Shown here one piece after another: positions 1 to 12,276 of a stretch of 64,000 nt of DNA; within the stretch, counting starts at the first letter, position 1, and each line of letters opens with the position of its first letter. The notes beneath the pieces were generated by a model. That model was given only the letters and a program-made list of their open reading frames with translations. It was not told the origin of the DNA and did no database searches. Source of the stretch: Octopus vulgaris. Lineage: Eukaryota. Position numbers and translations under genes: made by a program. Where the stretch lies: NCBI GenBank assembly GCA_951406725.2, contig OX597814.1, positions 29,388,001 through 29,452,000 of the forward strand, read 5' to 3'.

Positions 1-163
1 TTTATATATATATACATATATATACATATATATACATATATATACATATATATACATATACATATATATACATATACATATATATACATATACATATATA
101 TACATATACATATATATACATATACATATATATACATATACATATATATACATATATATATAC

Positions 164-212
<49 letters not shown>

Positions 213-215
213 CAT
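1..215. repeat. (TA)n/(TACA) compound microsatellite
   Basis: Direct inspection of the sequence. Confidence 0.97.
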
Positions 216-355
216 TTAGCAATTAAGGACAACTACTCAATAAGGAAAACTTAACAAGAAATTGTCAGGTAGATAGCGTAAGAACCTCATAAGAGAAAAA
301 ATTTCGAAAATAATTATTTCTTATTGAACATATTAATTTATATATAGAGGGCATT

Positions 356-1126
<771 letters not shown>

Positions 1127-1183
1127 CCGCACGCGTATTTATCGTTATGGTAAAATCTGGCGTGTGATTGAGTGGATTTCATC

Positions 1184-1277
1184 CAGATAGTCTTGGCTGA
1201 AGAGCTACAAATGGATTATTGTAAGTAATTTTACATTTAATTCATTAATAGCGAAACAATTGTCCCAAAATAATCTG
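1184..1277 (+). ncRNA. Type I hammerhead ribozyme, copy 1 (predicted cleavage after C1264)
   Basis: Core CTGAAGA at 1197-1203, then helix II gcta...tagc, GAAAC at 1253-1257, palindromic helix III ACAATTGT and the GTC triplet. Helix I is ttgg/ccaa, extended by cagat/atctg. Confidence 0.85.
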
Positions 1278-1715
1278 TATTTTGTTATTTTTTATTTGCC
1301 CTGTCCGTGTGAGCTAACAGTCGTACTGGCTTTCATGGGAAACATGTATTTTCGTGGTTGAAACCTTTTGGATTAACTGGTGCTAGAGTGATCAATATAG
1401 TGACCACTCTCTTATATTTATTTTGTGAAAATATTATAATATGTTATAAAATATTATAATAATCCAGGTTTCTCGTAGCACTAGGCCACTTGGTGTGGAA
1501 TAAATATACTATTAAATTAGTATCTAATTCTCTCACCCTTATTAATTAATTATAATTATGCTGCATTTATTTCTAAATGCTGTATTTGTTTTCCGTGTGA
1601 GTTTGGCGCGCTGTTGGTTGGGGCATTTGAATTATAACGTCCGATGTAATCAATTGAACCGCACGCGTATTTATCGTTATGGTAAAATCTGGCGTGTGAT
1701 TGAGTGGATTTCATC

Positions 1716-1809
1716 CAGATAGTCTTGGCTGAAGAGCTACAAATGGATTATTGTAAGTAATATTACATTTAATTCATTAATAGCGAAACAATTGTCCCAA
1801 AATAATCTG
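1716..1809 (+). ncRNA. Type I hammerhead ribozyme, copy 2 (cleavage after 1796)
   Basis: Same motif as copy 1, offset +532. Confidence 0.85.
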
Positions 1810-2247
1810 TATTTTGTTATTTTTTATTTGCCCTGTCCGTGTGAGCTAACAGTCGTACTGGCTTTCATGGGAAACATGTATTTTCGTGGTTGAAACCTTT
1901 TGGATTAACTGGTGCTAGAGTGATCAATATAGTGACCACTCTCTTATATTTATTTTGTGAAAATATTATAATATGTTATAAAATATTATAATAATCCAGG
2001 TTTCTCGTAGCACTAGGCCACTTGGTGTGGAATAAATATACTATTAAATTAGTATCTAATTCTCTCACCCTTATTAATTAATTATAATTATGCTGCATTT
2101 ATTTCTAAATGCTGTATTTGTTTTCCGTGTGAGTTTGGCGCGCTGTTGGTTGGGGCATTTGAATTATAACGTCCGATGTAATCAATTGAACCGCACGCGT
2201 ATTTATCGTTATGGTAAAATCTGGCGTGTGATTGAGTGGATTTCATC

Positions 2248-2341
2248 CAGATAGTCTTGGCTGAAGAGCTACAAATGGATTATTGTAAGTAATATTACAT
2301 TTAATTCATTAATAGCGAAACAATTGTCCCAAAATAATCTG
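2248..2341 (+). ncRNA. Type I hammerhead ribozyme, copy 3 (cleavage after 2328)
   Basis: Same motif as copy 1, offset +1064. Confidence 0.85.
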
Positions 2342-2779
2342 TATTTTGTTATTTTTTATTTGCCCTGTCCGTGTGAGCTAACAGTCGTACTGGCTTTCAT
2401 GGGAAACATGTATTTTCGTGGTTGAAACCTTTTGGATTAACTGGTGCTAGAGTGATCAATATAGTGACCACTCTCTTATATTTATTTTGTGAAAATATTA
2501 TAATATGTTATAAAATATTATAATAATCCAGGTTTCTCGTAGCACTAGGCCACTTGGTGTGGAATAAATATACTATTAAATTAGTATCTAATTCTCTCAC
2601 CCTTATTAATTAATTATAATTATGCTGCATTTATTTCTAAATGCTGTATTTGTTTTCCGTGTGAGTTTGGCGCGCTGTTGGTTGGGGCATTTGAATTATA
2701 ACGTCCGATGTAATCAATTGAACCGCACGCGTATTTATCGTTATGGTAAAATCTGGCGTGTGATTGAGTGGATTTCATC

Positions 2780-2873
2780 CAGATAGTCTTGGCTGAAGAG
2801 CTACAAATGGATTATTGTAAGTAATATTACATTTAATTCATTAATAGCGAAACAATTGTCCCAAAATAATCTG
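2780..2873 (+). ncRNA. Type I hammerhead ribozyme, copy 4 (cleavage after 2860)
   Basis: Same motif as copy 1, offset +1596. Confidence 0.85.
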
Positions 2874-3208
2874 TATTTTGTTATTTTTTATTTGCCCTGT
2901 CCGTGTGAGCTAACAGTTGTACTGGCTTTCATGGGAAACATGTATTTTCGTGGTTGAAACCTTTTGGATTAACTGGTGCTAGAGTGATCAATATAGTGAC
3001 CACTCTCTTATATTTATTTTGTGAAAATATTATAATATGTTATAAAATATTATAATAATCCAGGTTTCTCGTAGCACTAGGCCACTTGGTGTGGAATAAA
3101 TATACTATTAAATTAGTATCTAATTCTCTCACCCTTATTAATTAATTATATATATATATGTTATATTTATTTAAAGGGCACATCGTATGTTGAGAAAATG
3201 CAAACATA

Positions 3209-3492
3209 TTCTTCGGGTGTCTTGGGGAAACTTCGAACCTGGGTTCTCATTCCTAAAGTGTTTTTCGATGTTGTTGTTGTTATTATTCAGGTCACTACCT
3301 GGAATCGAACTCGGAATCTTGGGGTTAGTAGCCCGCGCTCTTAACCACTAAGCCATATACCTGTGGGCATATGATGAAGGCTGGAGGGTATATCAGCCGA
3401 AACGTTGTGTTAGCAATAAACAAGATGAGGACAAATATCTGTCGAATGTAAATAATGCACATAATTCCTCATCTCTTAAACATAGAACTGTA
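3209..3492. mobile_element. Rearranged (5'-inverted) tRNA-headed SINE with a Penelope-like, hammerhead-containing tail
   Basis: Minus strand 3368->3209 has A box tggcttagtggt and B box gagttcgattcc and ends ...gacacccgaagaa. Plus strand 3372-3492 begins tgatgaaggctg..cagccgaaacgttgtgtt. Confidence 0.6.
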
Positions 3493-3524
3493 ATATCTAT
3501 ATATATATGCATCAAATTTTACCA

Positions 3525-4140
3525 AAAGCTTGATAATACGCAAAGTTTTCGGCGTTTTTGAGACAATTAAGGAGACCTTGTGCAATTGAAACCCGAGTGT
3601 TTTTTGATCAGCTGAAAGCAGTTTTGGCACAAACTTGGCAGACACGCGTCTTGCACTCAAGTCTTCAGTGATAATAGACTGAACTGAACCGTAGCTAATC
3701 CTCTGATAACTCATGGATGGTGATTCGACGATTTCTCCTCACAGCTGTACATACATCTGCGATGTCTTTCTCAGTTCTGCTGGTTGAGGGTCTCCCAGAA
3801 CGTTCGTCAATATCGACATTTTTCGGCCATCTTCGAAATGTTTGAACCACTTGTACACGTGTGCAGCTCATACACTCCTCTCCATACACTTTCTGCAACT
3901 TTGTATAGGTCTTTGCGCAGGTATCGCCATGACAACGTTCTCTGTCATGGTCAATGCGACAATCACACACTACACACCTTCCTTCGAAGCACTACTGAAA
4001 ACAGCGGAAGTGAAGTAGAACATTAAAACTTAGTGCGCATGCACAGCAGAATTCAAGGCCAATCTTTGCTAAGCGGCTTCACTTTGCGGGCTTTAGCTTC
4101 GTTACTATGGCAACAGTCCGAATACTTATTAATGAGGCCG
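3525..4140 (-). mobile_element. Tc1/mariner transposase remnant (N-terminal HTH and linker), frameshifted
   Basis: ORF pieces LQKVYGEECMS..DERSGRPSTSRTE..RRITIHELSED and ISYGSVQSIITEDL..RRVSAKFVPKLLSADQK match mariner WVPK/HL-linker architecture. Confidence 0.85.
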
Positions 4141-4403
4141 TGTGTGTGTGTGTGTATACTCTTTTACATAGTTCAGTAATTTGAGTGCGGCCATGCTGGA
4201 GAACCGTCTTTAGTCGAATAAATCGACCACAGGACTTATTCTTTGTAAGCCGAGTACTTATTTTATCGGTTTCTTTCTGAGGAAATGCTAAGTGACGGAG
4301 ACGTAAACACACCAACATCGGTTGTCAAGCGATGGTGGTGGGGACAAACCCTGACACAAATAACAAACGCATACATACATACATATATATATACATATAT
4401 ATA

Positions 4404-5010
4404 TGTAGTGATTCGACAACGGCGCGCGCTCGCGCACCGCCCATTTGTATTTCGCGCATGTTGGTGCCTTTACCAAGGCACAGAAAGGAAGGCCCCTCTC
4501 GCGCATGCGCGAACCACCGGTAGCACGACCCTATTGCCTACGTAGCAGTTAGTGAGGCAAGGGGGTCGTAGAACGTTTGACCGCTAGCAGCAGCAGCCAA
4601 TGACTTGGGAACCCAGCGATTGACGGCGACGGTCACGCATATATTCTCTCCGTCTGAACTGATTCTAGCAGTCCTTTGGCCGAAGACTTTTAACCAAAAT
4701 TGTTGCAGACCAACATTGTCTCCATTGTTCGACGCCATCTTGAATCCTTTCTGTTTTTGGGCTGGAGATTGTAAATATTACAATCTATTAACTTTCAGCC
4801 TTGCGCGCCCGAATCAAGGACATCAGATAACACACTTATTGTTATTGTTTACCAAGAAAGAGAATAAAGTAATTATATATATATTTCACGTCTGCGTTTT
4901 GTTGTTTCTGACTTGTAGAATTCTGGATTATTAAAGCAACGGCTAGTGAGTGATTGCTTTGTGCACCCCGAAAGTCCACGAGGATACTCACCCACATCAA
5001 GCTCGTTTCA
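4404..5010 (+). mobile_element. Probable solo LTR (607 bp) inserted in the TA tract of a SINE
   Basis: Begins TG and ends CA, is CpG-rich, has AATAAA at ~4863, and has TATA on both sides (possible 4-bp TSD, uninformative inside a microsatellite). Confidence 0.6.
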
Positions 5011-5157
5011 TATACATATATACATATATATATATACATATATACATATATATACATATATATATACATATATACATATATATATACATATATACATATA
5101 TATACATATATATATACATATACATATATATATACATATATATACATATATATATAC

Positions 5158-5190
<33 letters not shown>

Positions 5191-5275
5191 CATACAAATA
5201 CATATATATACATATATATATATATACATATATATACATATATATAAATATATATACATATATATATATAAATAT
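5011..5275. repeat. (TA)n/(TACA) microsatellite
   Basis: Direct inspection of the sequence. Confidence 0.95.
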
Positions 5276-5995
5276 ATTAATTGTAAGAAGTCAAAATACG
5301 GAAATATTCTGGGATATGTAAACAAACAAGACAAGACAAAAATTCTTTATAGCATAAATATATATCATTTCTACGTAATAAATCCAATGCCATTATAATA
5401 TTAATATTTATCCATCAAAGAACCTATCCTACGAACTAATAGAATTACACTCAAATATACATGCCCATAATAATACTCATGTATAACAACAGACATACAC
5501 ATACGCACCGTATATTTTCATATGTGACTTGCGAGTAAACATTCATAGTACTTATATATAAATATACGTTTAAGCATCAGTGGACACATAGATACAAATG
5601 TAATAATTAACAGGATTTTGCATTAAATAATATCAGTGGAGGACTTACCAATACAATGGTATATAAGTAAATAACAAAAATTAAATTAATTATAAGTTAA
5701 TAAATTGTAATTACTTAAGATTAAAATGTGATAAAATAAATAAGAAGAAATAATTAAAATTACATACAGAGTATAAGTACAAACTAGTATACATGTATCC
5801 ATATATTATTAAAATAAATAATTGATATGTATGTATATATCTACATTTAAATAAGTAAATAAATAAATAAATAAATAAGTAAATGACTAAATAAATAGAT
5901 AGATATGGCGGTGCCCCAGCATGGCCACAGCTCATGAGCTGAAACTAGAATCAATCAATCAATCGAATCAATCAGATACCATAGAAAACAAATTC

Positions 5996-6039
<44 letters not shown>

Positions 6040-6044
6040 TATTT

Positions 6045-6435
6045 TTTTTTACTTGTTTCAGTCATTTGACTGTGGCCATGCTGGAGCACCGCCTTTAATC
6101 GAGCAACTCGACCCCGGGACTTATTCTTTTGTAAGCCCAGTACTTATTCTATCGGTCTCTTTTGCCGAACCACTAAGTGACGGGGACGTAAACACACCAG
6201 CATCGGTTGTCAAGCAATGCTAGGGGGACAAACACACACACACAAACATATACACACATATATATACATATATACGACGGGCTTCTTTCAGTTTCCGTCT
6301 ACCAAATCCACTCACAAGGCTTTGGTTGGCCCGGGGCTATAGCAGAAGACACTTGCCCAAGATGCCACGCAGTGGGACTGAACCTGGAACCATGTGGTTG
6401 GTTAGCAAGCTACTTACCACACAGCCACTCCTGCG

Positions 6436-6438
<3 letters not shown>
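6045..6438 (-). mobile_element. tRNA-derived SINE family A (head aggcgcaggagtggctgtgtggtaag, internal TA/TG tract, tail gtaaaagagtaaaa)
   Basis: Pol III A/B boxes and more than 10 near-identical copies in the window. Confidence 0.9.
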
Positions 6439-6471
<33 letters not shown>

Positions 6472-7199
6472 AAAGATGGGACGTTCTTGGTTGGAATACC
6501 TCTGGTCATAGATCAGCTAGATCAAAGCTAAGCTGGAGCTAAATGACATCAGCAATGAAACCAATGAGTATTTGACTAATGTTTATTACTAGGAATATCG
6601 AATAAGAAAATCAAAAGACTTATTTTGAAGAACTGACAACTAATTGGGGGGGGGTTGTTTTTTTTTGACTGGCCACAAGTGACTACTACAATAGCAAGAA
6701 TCTTTTCCTTAATCGGCACAAGGACACGTAAAGATACAGAAAAAAAATGTTAAAAAGCGTTGAAATGGCGATGTCCCTACGAAAACGTAGGGAGTAGAAC
6801 ATATAAGTTATACGAAGGAATGGCATAAAAAAACGTTAAACAATATACAAACGGAGGAATTAAAATTTTGTAAAGCGTAGATATTTACACAGAACAAATA
6901 AGAAAGTACAATAAACCACGCCATAATTAAAACAAGGTGTAATTAAAAGGAAATAAGTAGGAAAATGTCTTAGGTTCTTGTCCTCACACAGTGAAGAAAA
7001 CTACTGGTTAGATCGAGTTAGAGCACCCCACATCCCTACCCGCTTGGCATTACTCGTACTTTCGTCTCGTGCACCCAAATACACCTATAAACAGCGGTTA
7101 CGTCATTTTTTAAGTCACTGACGGAGTATCCATGGCGCCATGGATGCATGGTTTTATCTGTTAGTTATCGCTTTGATCCTCAGAGGCTCCGTCTTCATC

Positions 7200-7720
7200 A
7201 TTATTCTGAGGAGGGGCATCATTGTTGTTCTGATGTTGTTGTTTCCCATCGTTGCGTTCTTTTGATATTTTTGCCTTTTTTTTTCTTTTTACTTTTATTT
7301 TTCCCTTGATAATTTGGACACTTTCCTTCTGCAACTATTATATCTTCCTCGTCACACAACAATGAAGCGATGCTATTGCATGTTACTGTCAGGGAACGGG
7401 ATGTCTGCCCACTTGTTTCTGGAACTGAGTACAAATTAATCAACTTTGCCATTCCTGCATTTCTGACTAATGATACTCAGGAAGCTATGATTTGCTGTTT
7501 TTGTTGCTGCCTCAGTTGCATTCCACTGCGCTCATACACGTCTCTGAAATCGAATACCCACGTCCACTGTTGTCCACTGAAATCCAAATTGCAATTTTGT
7601 TTATATGTTGTACCTCTACTGTCCGCACACACCGAACAGCTTTGGCTTCTGTGCTCAAAAGCATAAACTTTTAGCTGGGACAACGTAATCTTTGTACGTC
7701 TCATTGAAACATCACATGCA
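7200..7720 (-). mobile_element. Degenerate coding remnant, possibly retroelement ORF1/gag-like
   Basis: Frameshifted ORF fragments with no splice structure. They resemble the 8700-9300 remnant. Family not established. Confidence 0.3.
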
Positions 7721-8000
7721 ATTTCTTTGGCTAGCTCTCTCCTTCTCTCTCTGTTTTTTTGTTCCGTTGCTGAACAAGCAAATTACAAACTAACCCTGGG
7801 CTACCCGGCCCCAACCATAAACGACGAGTAGTCTGAAGAGATCCTCTTCACGGTCGTTCAAGTTCAGGACCACTGACATACCATTCATTTTTCAAAAAGC
7901 AGTGCAAGTGTAATACCGCACGAAAAACTCCATGCCGAGATTCTACGCCAGCAACTGTGAAAAACTGCGAGAATATGAGTACTTCATTATCTACGTCTAT

Positions 8001-8172
8001 AGGCGCAGGAGTGGCTGTGTGGTAAGTAGCTTGCTAACCAACCACATGGTCCCGGATTCGGTCCCACTGCGTGGCATCTTGGGCAAGTGTCTTCTGCTAT
8101 AGCCCCGGGCCGACCAATGCCTTGTGAGTGGATTTGGTAGACGGAAACTGAAAGAAGCCTGTCGTATATATG

Positions 8173-8205
<33 letters not shown>

Positions 8206-8428
8206 ATGTGTTTGTGTATCTGTGTTTGTCTCCCTAGCATTGCTTGACAACCGATGCTTGTGTGTTTATGTCCCCGTCATCTAGCGGTTCGGCAAAATAG
8301 ACCGATAGAATAAGTACTGGGCTTACAAAGAATAAGTCCCGGGGTCGATTTACTCGACTAAAGGCGGTGCTCCAGCATGGCCGCAGTCAAATGACTGAAA
8401 CAAGTAAAAGAGTAAAAGAGTAAAGAGA
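8001..8428 (+). mobile_element. SINE family A copy
   Basis: Matches the other copies end to end. Confidence 0.9.
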
Positions 8429-8699
8429 GTCTAACACCAGGAGAAATTTAATTGCGCTTTGGTCAACAACAGCAATACTTAAAGCAGTGAGCTAACAGAA
8501 CAGTTAGCATGCTGGGGAATGCTTAGCGGCATTTCGTCCGCCTCTAGGTTCTGAGTTCAAATTCCGTCGAGGTCCTTTCGGAGTCAATGAAATAAATACC
8601 AGTTGTGCATTGAGGTTATGTAATCGACTTAGCCCCCTTCCCGGAATTTCTGGCCTTGTGCCAAAATTTGAAGCCAATACTTATGAAATGAAACATTTT

Positions 8700-9400
8700 A
8701 CTTTTTGAACCTTTCACAACAGTCACTCAACTCTTTCTGGGCCAACCGAATTAGGTGTACACCTTGTAGCCACTTAAAATTGAATCTGGGCGAGGTAGGT
8801 GGTGCAACTTTTTGACCACCTGGCTGTGGTTTTTGATTGCCTACAATGTTGTGGCTGTGGTAGGCGGGCTTTTCCCTCAGGTGGTTGTTAATATCATGAG
8901 AAACGTGAGTTTTTCCAATCACCATTACCACAGCAAGCAGTTGGATTCCATTCGACGGATTTGTATGGTCGAATATATTCTTCAGGATTTCTTGAGATCT
9001 ACATCTAAACTTTGATGTCAACCCGTGACCAATTTTCCTGGTACTTACCTACATCCGGCCCCTTTCTCGATTCTTTCAGTACTACTCCTGCCGACAGTCA
9101 CAAAACATTTACCCGGGTGGAGTATCCCACGTCGTCACCATCGCACAGCCCTTTTAGAAATGAGGGTGAGATTACTCTCCAACATAAGACAATGAAATAC
9201 TTCCTCACAAGTGTCTCCGAGTGGCATCTCAACTTCACCTTTCCATGTCGATTGATGTGAATGAGTTTGCTCCGAAATATCACTCAAGCACTTCTTTGTC
9301 AGGGCCTACACAGAGTTCTAAGAGTCATTATCTCTTCTTTGCGTTTCACCTGTATATAATCAGCTGCATGTTGGCATAGTCTATGATTTCAGTCAGTTGT
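8700..9400 (-). mobile_element. Degenerate coding remnant, possibly retroelement ORF1/gag-like
   Basis: Broken ORFs (HINRHGKVKLRCHSETL.., NGIQLLAVVMVIGK..) with several frameshifts. Confidence 0.3.
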
Positions 9401-11293
9401 TATCATGGTTCTTCAGCTATTTCGTGAGATAAGTTTTTTAGCCCCCTTCAATTCCTCTTCGCGTCGCAGGAGACCGGCTACAAGAGGTTTCCAGTACAGG
9501 TAAAAGAGCCTGCTTTTACGATGTTGCTGTACCTGTTCTTCGTATTGCTGCACAATCGGTCATTATGAGGAGTCTGCGTCCGTAACTCTGATATCGCATT
9601 CATTGATAGAAGTGAAGGCAGCCTTTGAAGAAGATAACAGCGACAATGACTACCCGTTGCTTCTCTCCGAAACAGTAATTAGTAAGTGGAATTGGTAATG
9701 GGCTAACTCTTTCTTTTCGTTCCTTTATTTTCCTACATCAAACAAGCATAATTGGAGGCGGGATGGAGAACGATGGTCAAATTTTCCCCGATTGCTCTGA
9801 ACCACTTTCCTTCTTTTTTTTTCTCTTCCGGGCAGACAAACCAGGAGGCAAACACTGTCGTAATAGTGATCACATCAAGAAATCTAAATAACTGATTCAA
9901 GCGATCGAAGTCGCCAAAAGTAAACAAATTATGAAAACCCAACAGAAAACAAGCGTAGGTTTCATGCTGTATTGTGAATAATTATAGATTTTATTTCCAG
10001 AGCAGCGACCTTTCATAATTAACATTTATTGTTAATCTTAAATGTTCGAGTTTATTTACAAAGAACATACACCATATTGATGTTTTATTTTATGTTGGTA
10101 GGTGTACCTGTATGTGTTATCAAGCGTCAGCTCAGCCTGGATCAAACTTCGTCCATGGTCATCCAACATATATCTCGAATTACAATAATGTCCTATTTTG
10201 TAAGCTGCGATGAGATTTAGCCACTATTTTCAGTGTGCATATAATATATAAAATTTAATATTCGCCAGTTAGCCTACACACTCGTCAACCAGCAGCAAAA
10301 AAAAAAGACATCATCACTGTTTTAACATTCACGTTTCCTTGCTTGCATAAAACAGAAGGGAGTTATGGAGGGATATTTTCTACGGCCTCACTATTGCCAA
10401 TTTTCACCTGTTTTCGAGAAAGGAGATATTTCCCTATGGCCAGACATGTCTTTGTATAATATTGACAGTGAATGACATTGCTTTTATGATAGTGATACTA
10501 ATTTTCAACTATCACACGGTATCAAGGTGCCACCCAGCGGGACTGAACCCGGAACCATTTGGTTGGGAAGTAAATTTCTATCCCAAATAGCTTTAACTGT
10601 GCCTGTATCAAAAACTAGCAACGATGCTTATAATTTCACGTGTCAGGGAACTTGCATAAAATAAAACTATGTCTAACATAGAATTGGTATCGGGAAGAAA
10701 TACAAATAAATAACTCTTCGAATATTTTCAACTATTAGGGCCACTATTAGAAAATGCTCATTTTAAGTTCAATTTGCAGCCATATGATTCTTGGTTCATT
10801 CCCAGAGTGCACCGTCTTTGGCTGAATAATAACTTGCGAGCTAAATTTAGTAGAAGGATACTTTGCAGAATCCAGTTGTGTGTACATGTGTAATATGTGT
10901 GTATGAGCAAATTATAACGCACACATACACACACACAAGAATATTGATTGAATATCTTTCACCAATATATGAGTGAAGGATACATAAGTCGGCAAAAGAA
11001 CTGGTGCTATTCAGATGTGAGAGTTGTAGATGCTCTCGCTGTAGTAAGTCAGGAATTTGGTCAGTTAGAGACTTGTGGCCAACGATGCATTATTCACATG
11101 CTGGGGTATAAAAAAAATATTAAAAAATAAATGAAATTTTAATAAGCGTAGGAATGGATGTGTGGTTAAGAAACTCGCTTTGCAACCACGAGGTTTTGGT
11201 TTCAATCCCACTGTATGCCACCTTATAGCCTTGGGTCGACTAATGCATTGCGAGAACATTTGAGAGACGGAAACTGTGTAGCCCATCACGTGC

Positions 11294-11341
<48 letters not shown>

Positions 11342-11863
11342 ATGTATGCATGCATGCATGTATGTATGTAATTCTTTTACTAGTTTCAGTGTTTTGGGTC
11401 TCTTTTCGGTAGTTTTTGGCGAAAAGGCGAGTTGTTCTCCTTTGTGCCTCCTGTCGTGATGTGGACTCATCTGGTATTTCAGATAGAAATTTGTTCAGGT
11501 ACTTTTTCAACGTTAACACATCTATACCTTGCAGATCTCTTAGGTTCCTTGGCAAGATATTAAACAGCTGTGGTCCCCTAAAACCCAAGCCGTTGCAATA
11601 CTATGCATATATGTATGTGTGTGTGTGTTCAACATTGCCTCTGTGTTTGTCCAACGAAAACACATCACTTGACAACTGGTTTTGGTTCGTTTACCTCCTC
11701 GTAACTAAACGGTTCGGCAAAAGGAGACCAACGCACTAAGTAACTGATTTTAAAAAAGAATAAGTATTGGGTTCGATTTGCTTGACTTAACCATTCAAGG
11801 CGGTGCCCCAGCAAGGACGCAGTTCAGTAGCTGAATTCAGTAAAAACGATAAAAGTCACAAAT

Positions 11864-12275
11864 AGGTGCAGGAGTGGCTATGTGGTAAGTAGCTTGCTAA
11901 CCAACCACATGGTTCCGGGTTCAGTCCCACTGCGTGGCATCTTGGGCAAGTGTCTTCTACTATAGCCCCGGGCTGACCAATGCCTTGTGAGTGGATTTGG
12001 TAGACGGAAACTGAAAGAAGCCTGCCGTATATATGTATATATATGTATGTGTGTGTGTTTGTGTGTCTGTGTCTGTCCCCCTAGCATTGCTTGACAACCG
12101 ATGCTGGTGTGTTTGCGTCCCCGTCACTTAGCGGTTCGGCAAAACAGACCGATAGAATAAGTACTGGGCTTACAAAGAATAAGTCCCGGGGTCGATTTGC
12201 TCGACTGAAGGCGGTGCTCCAGCATGGCCGCAGTCAAATGACTGAAACAAGTAAAAGAGTAAAAAGAGTAAAAGA
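11864..12275 (+). mobile_element. SINE family A copy
   Basis: Matches the other copies. Confidence 0.9.
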
Positions 12276-12276
12276 G

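Larger units (their letters stand above)
1125..3150 (+). repeat. Head-to-tail tandem array of a 532-bp hammerhead-containing unit (3.8 copies), retrozyme/Penelope pLTR-like
   Basis: The unit start aaccgcacgcgtatttatcg recurs at 1125, 1657, 2189 and 2721. Copies are almost identical, with two substitutions noticed. Both ends run into TA tracts. Confidence 0.95.

Noticed and set aside
1125-3150. CRISPR array or protein-coding repeat
   Set aside because: The units are identical end to end with no unique spacers, the context is eukaryotic, and there is only a ~54-codon incidental ORF.
9625-9680. Possible additional hammerhead (ttgaagaa...ccgaaacagta)
   Set aside because: The core lacks the initial C, and helices I and III cannot be formed convincingly.
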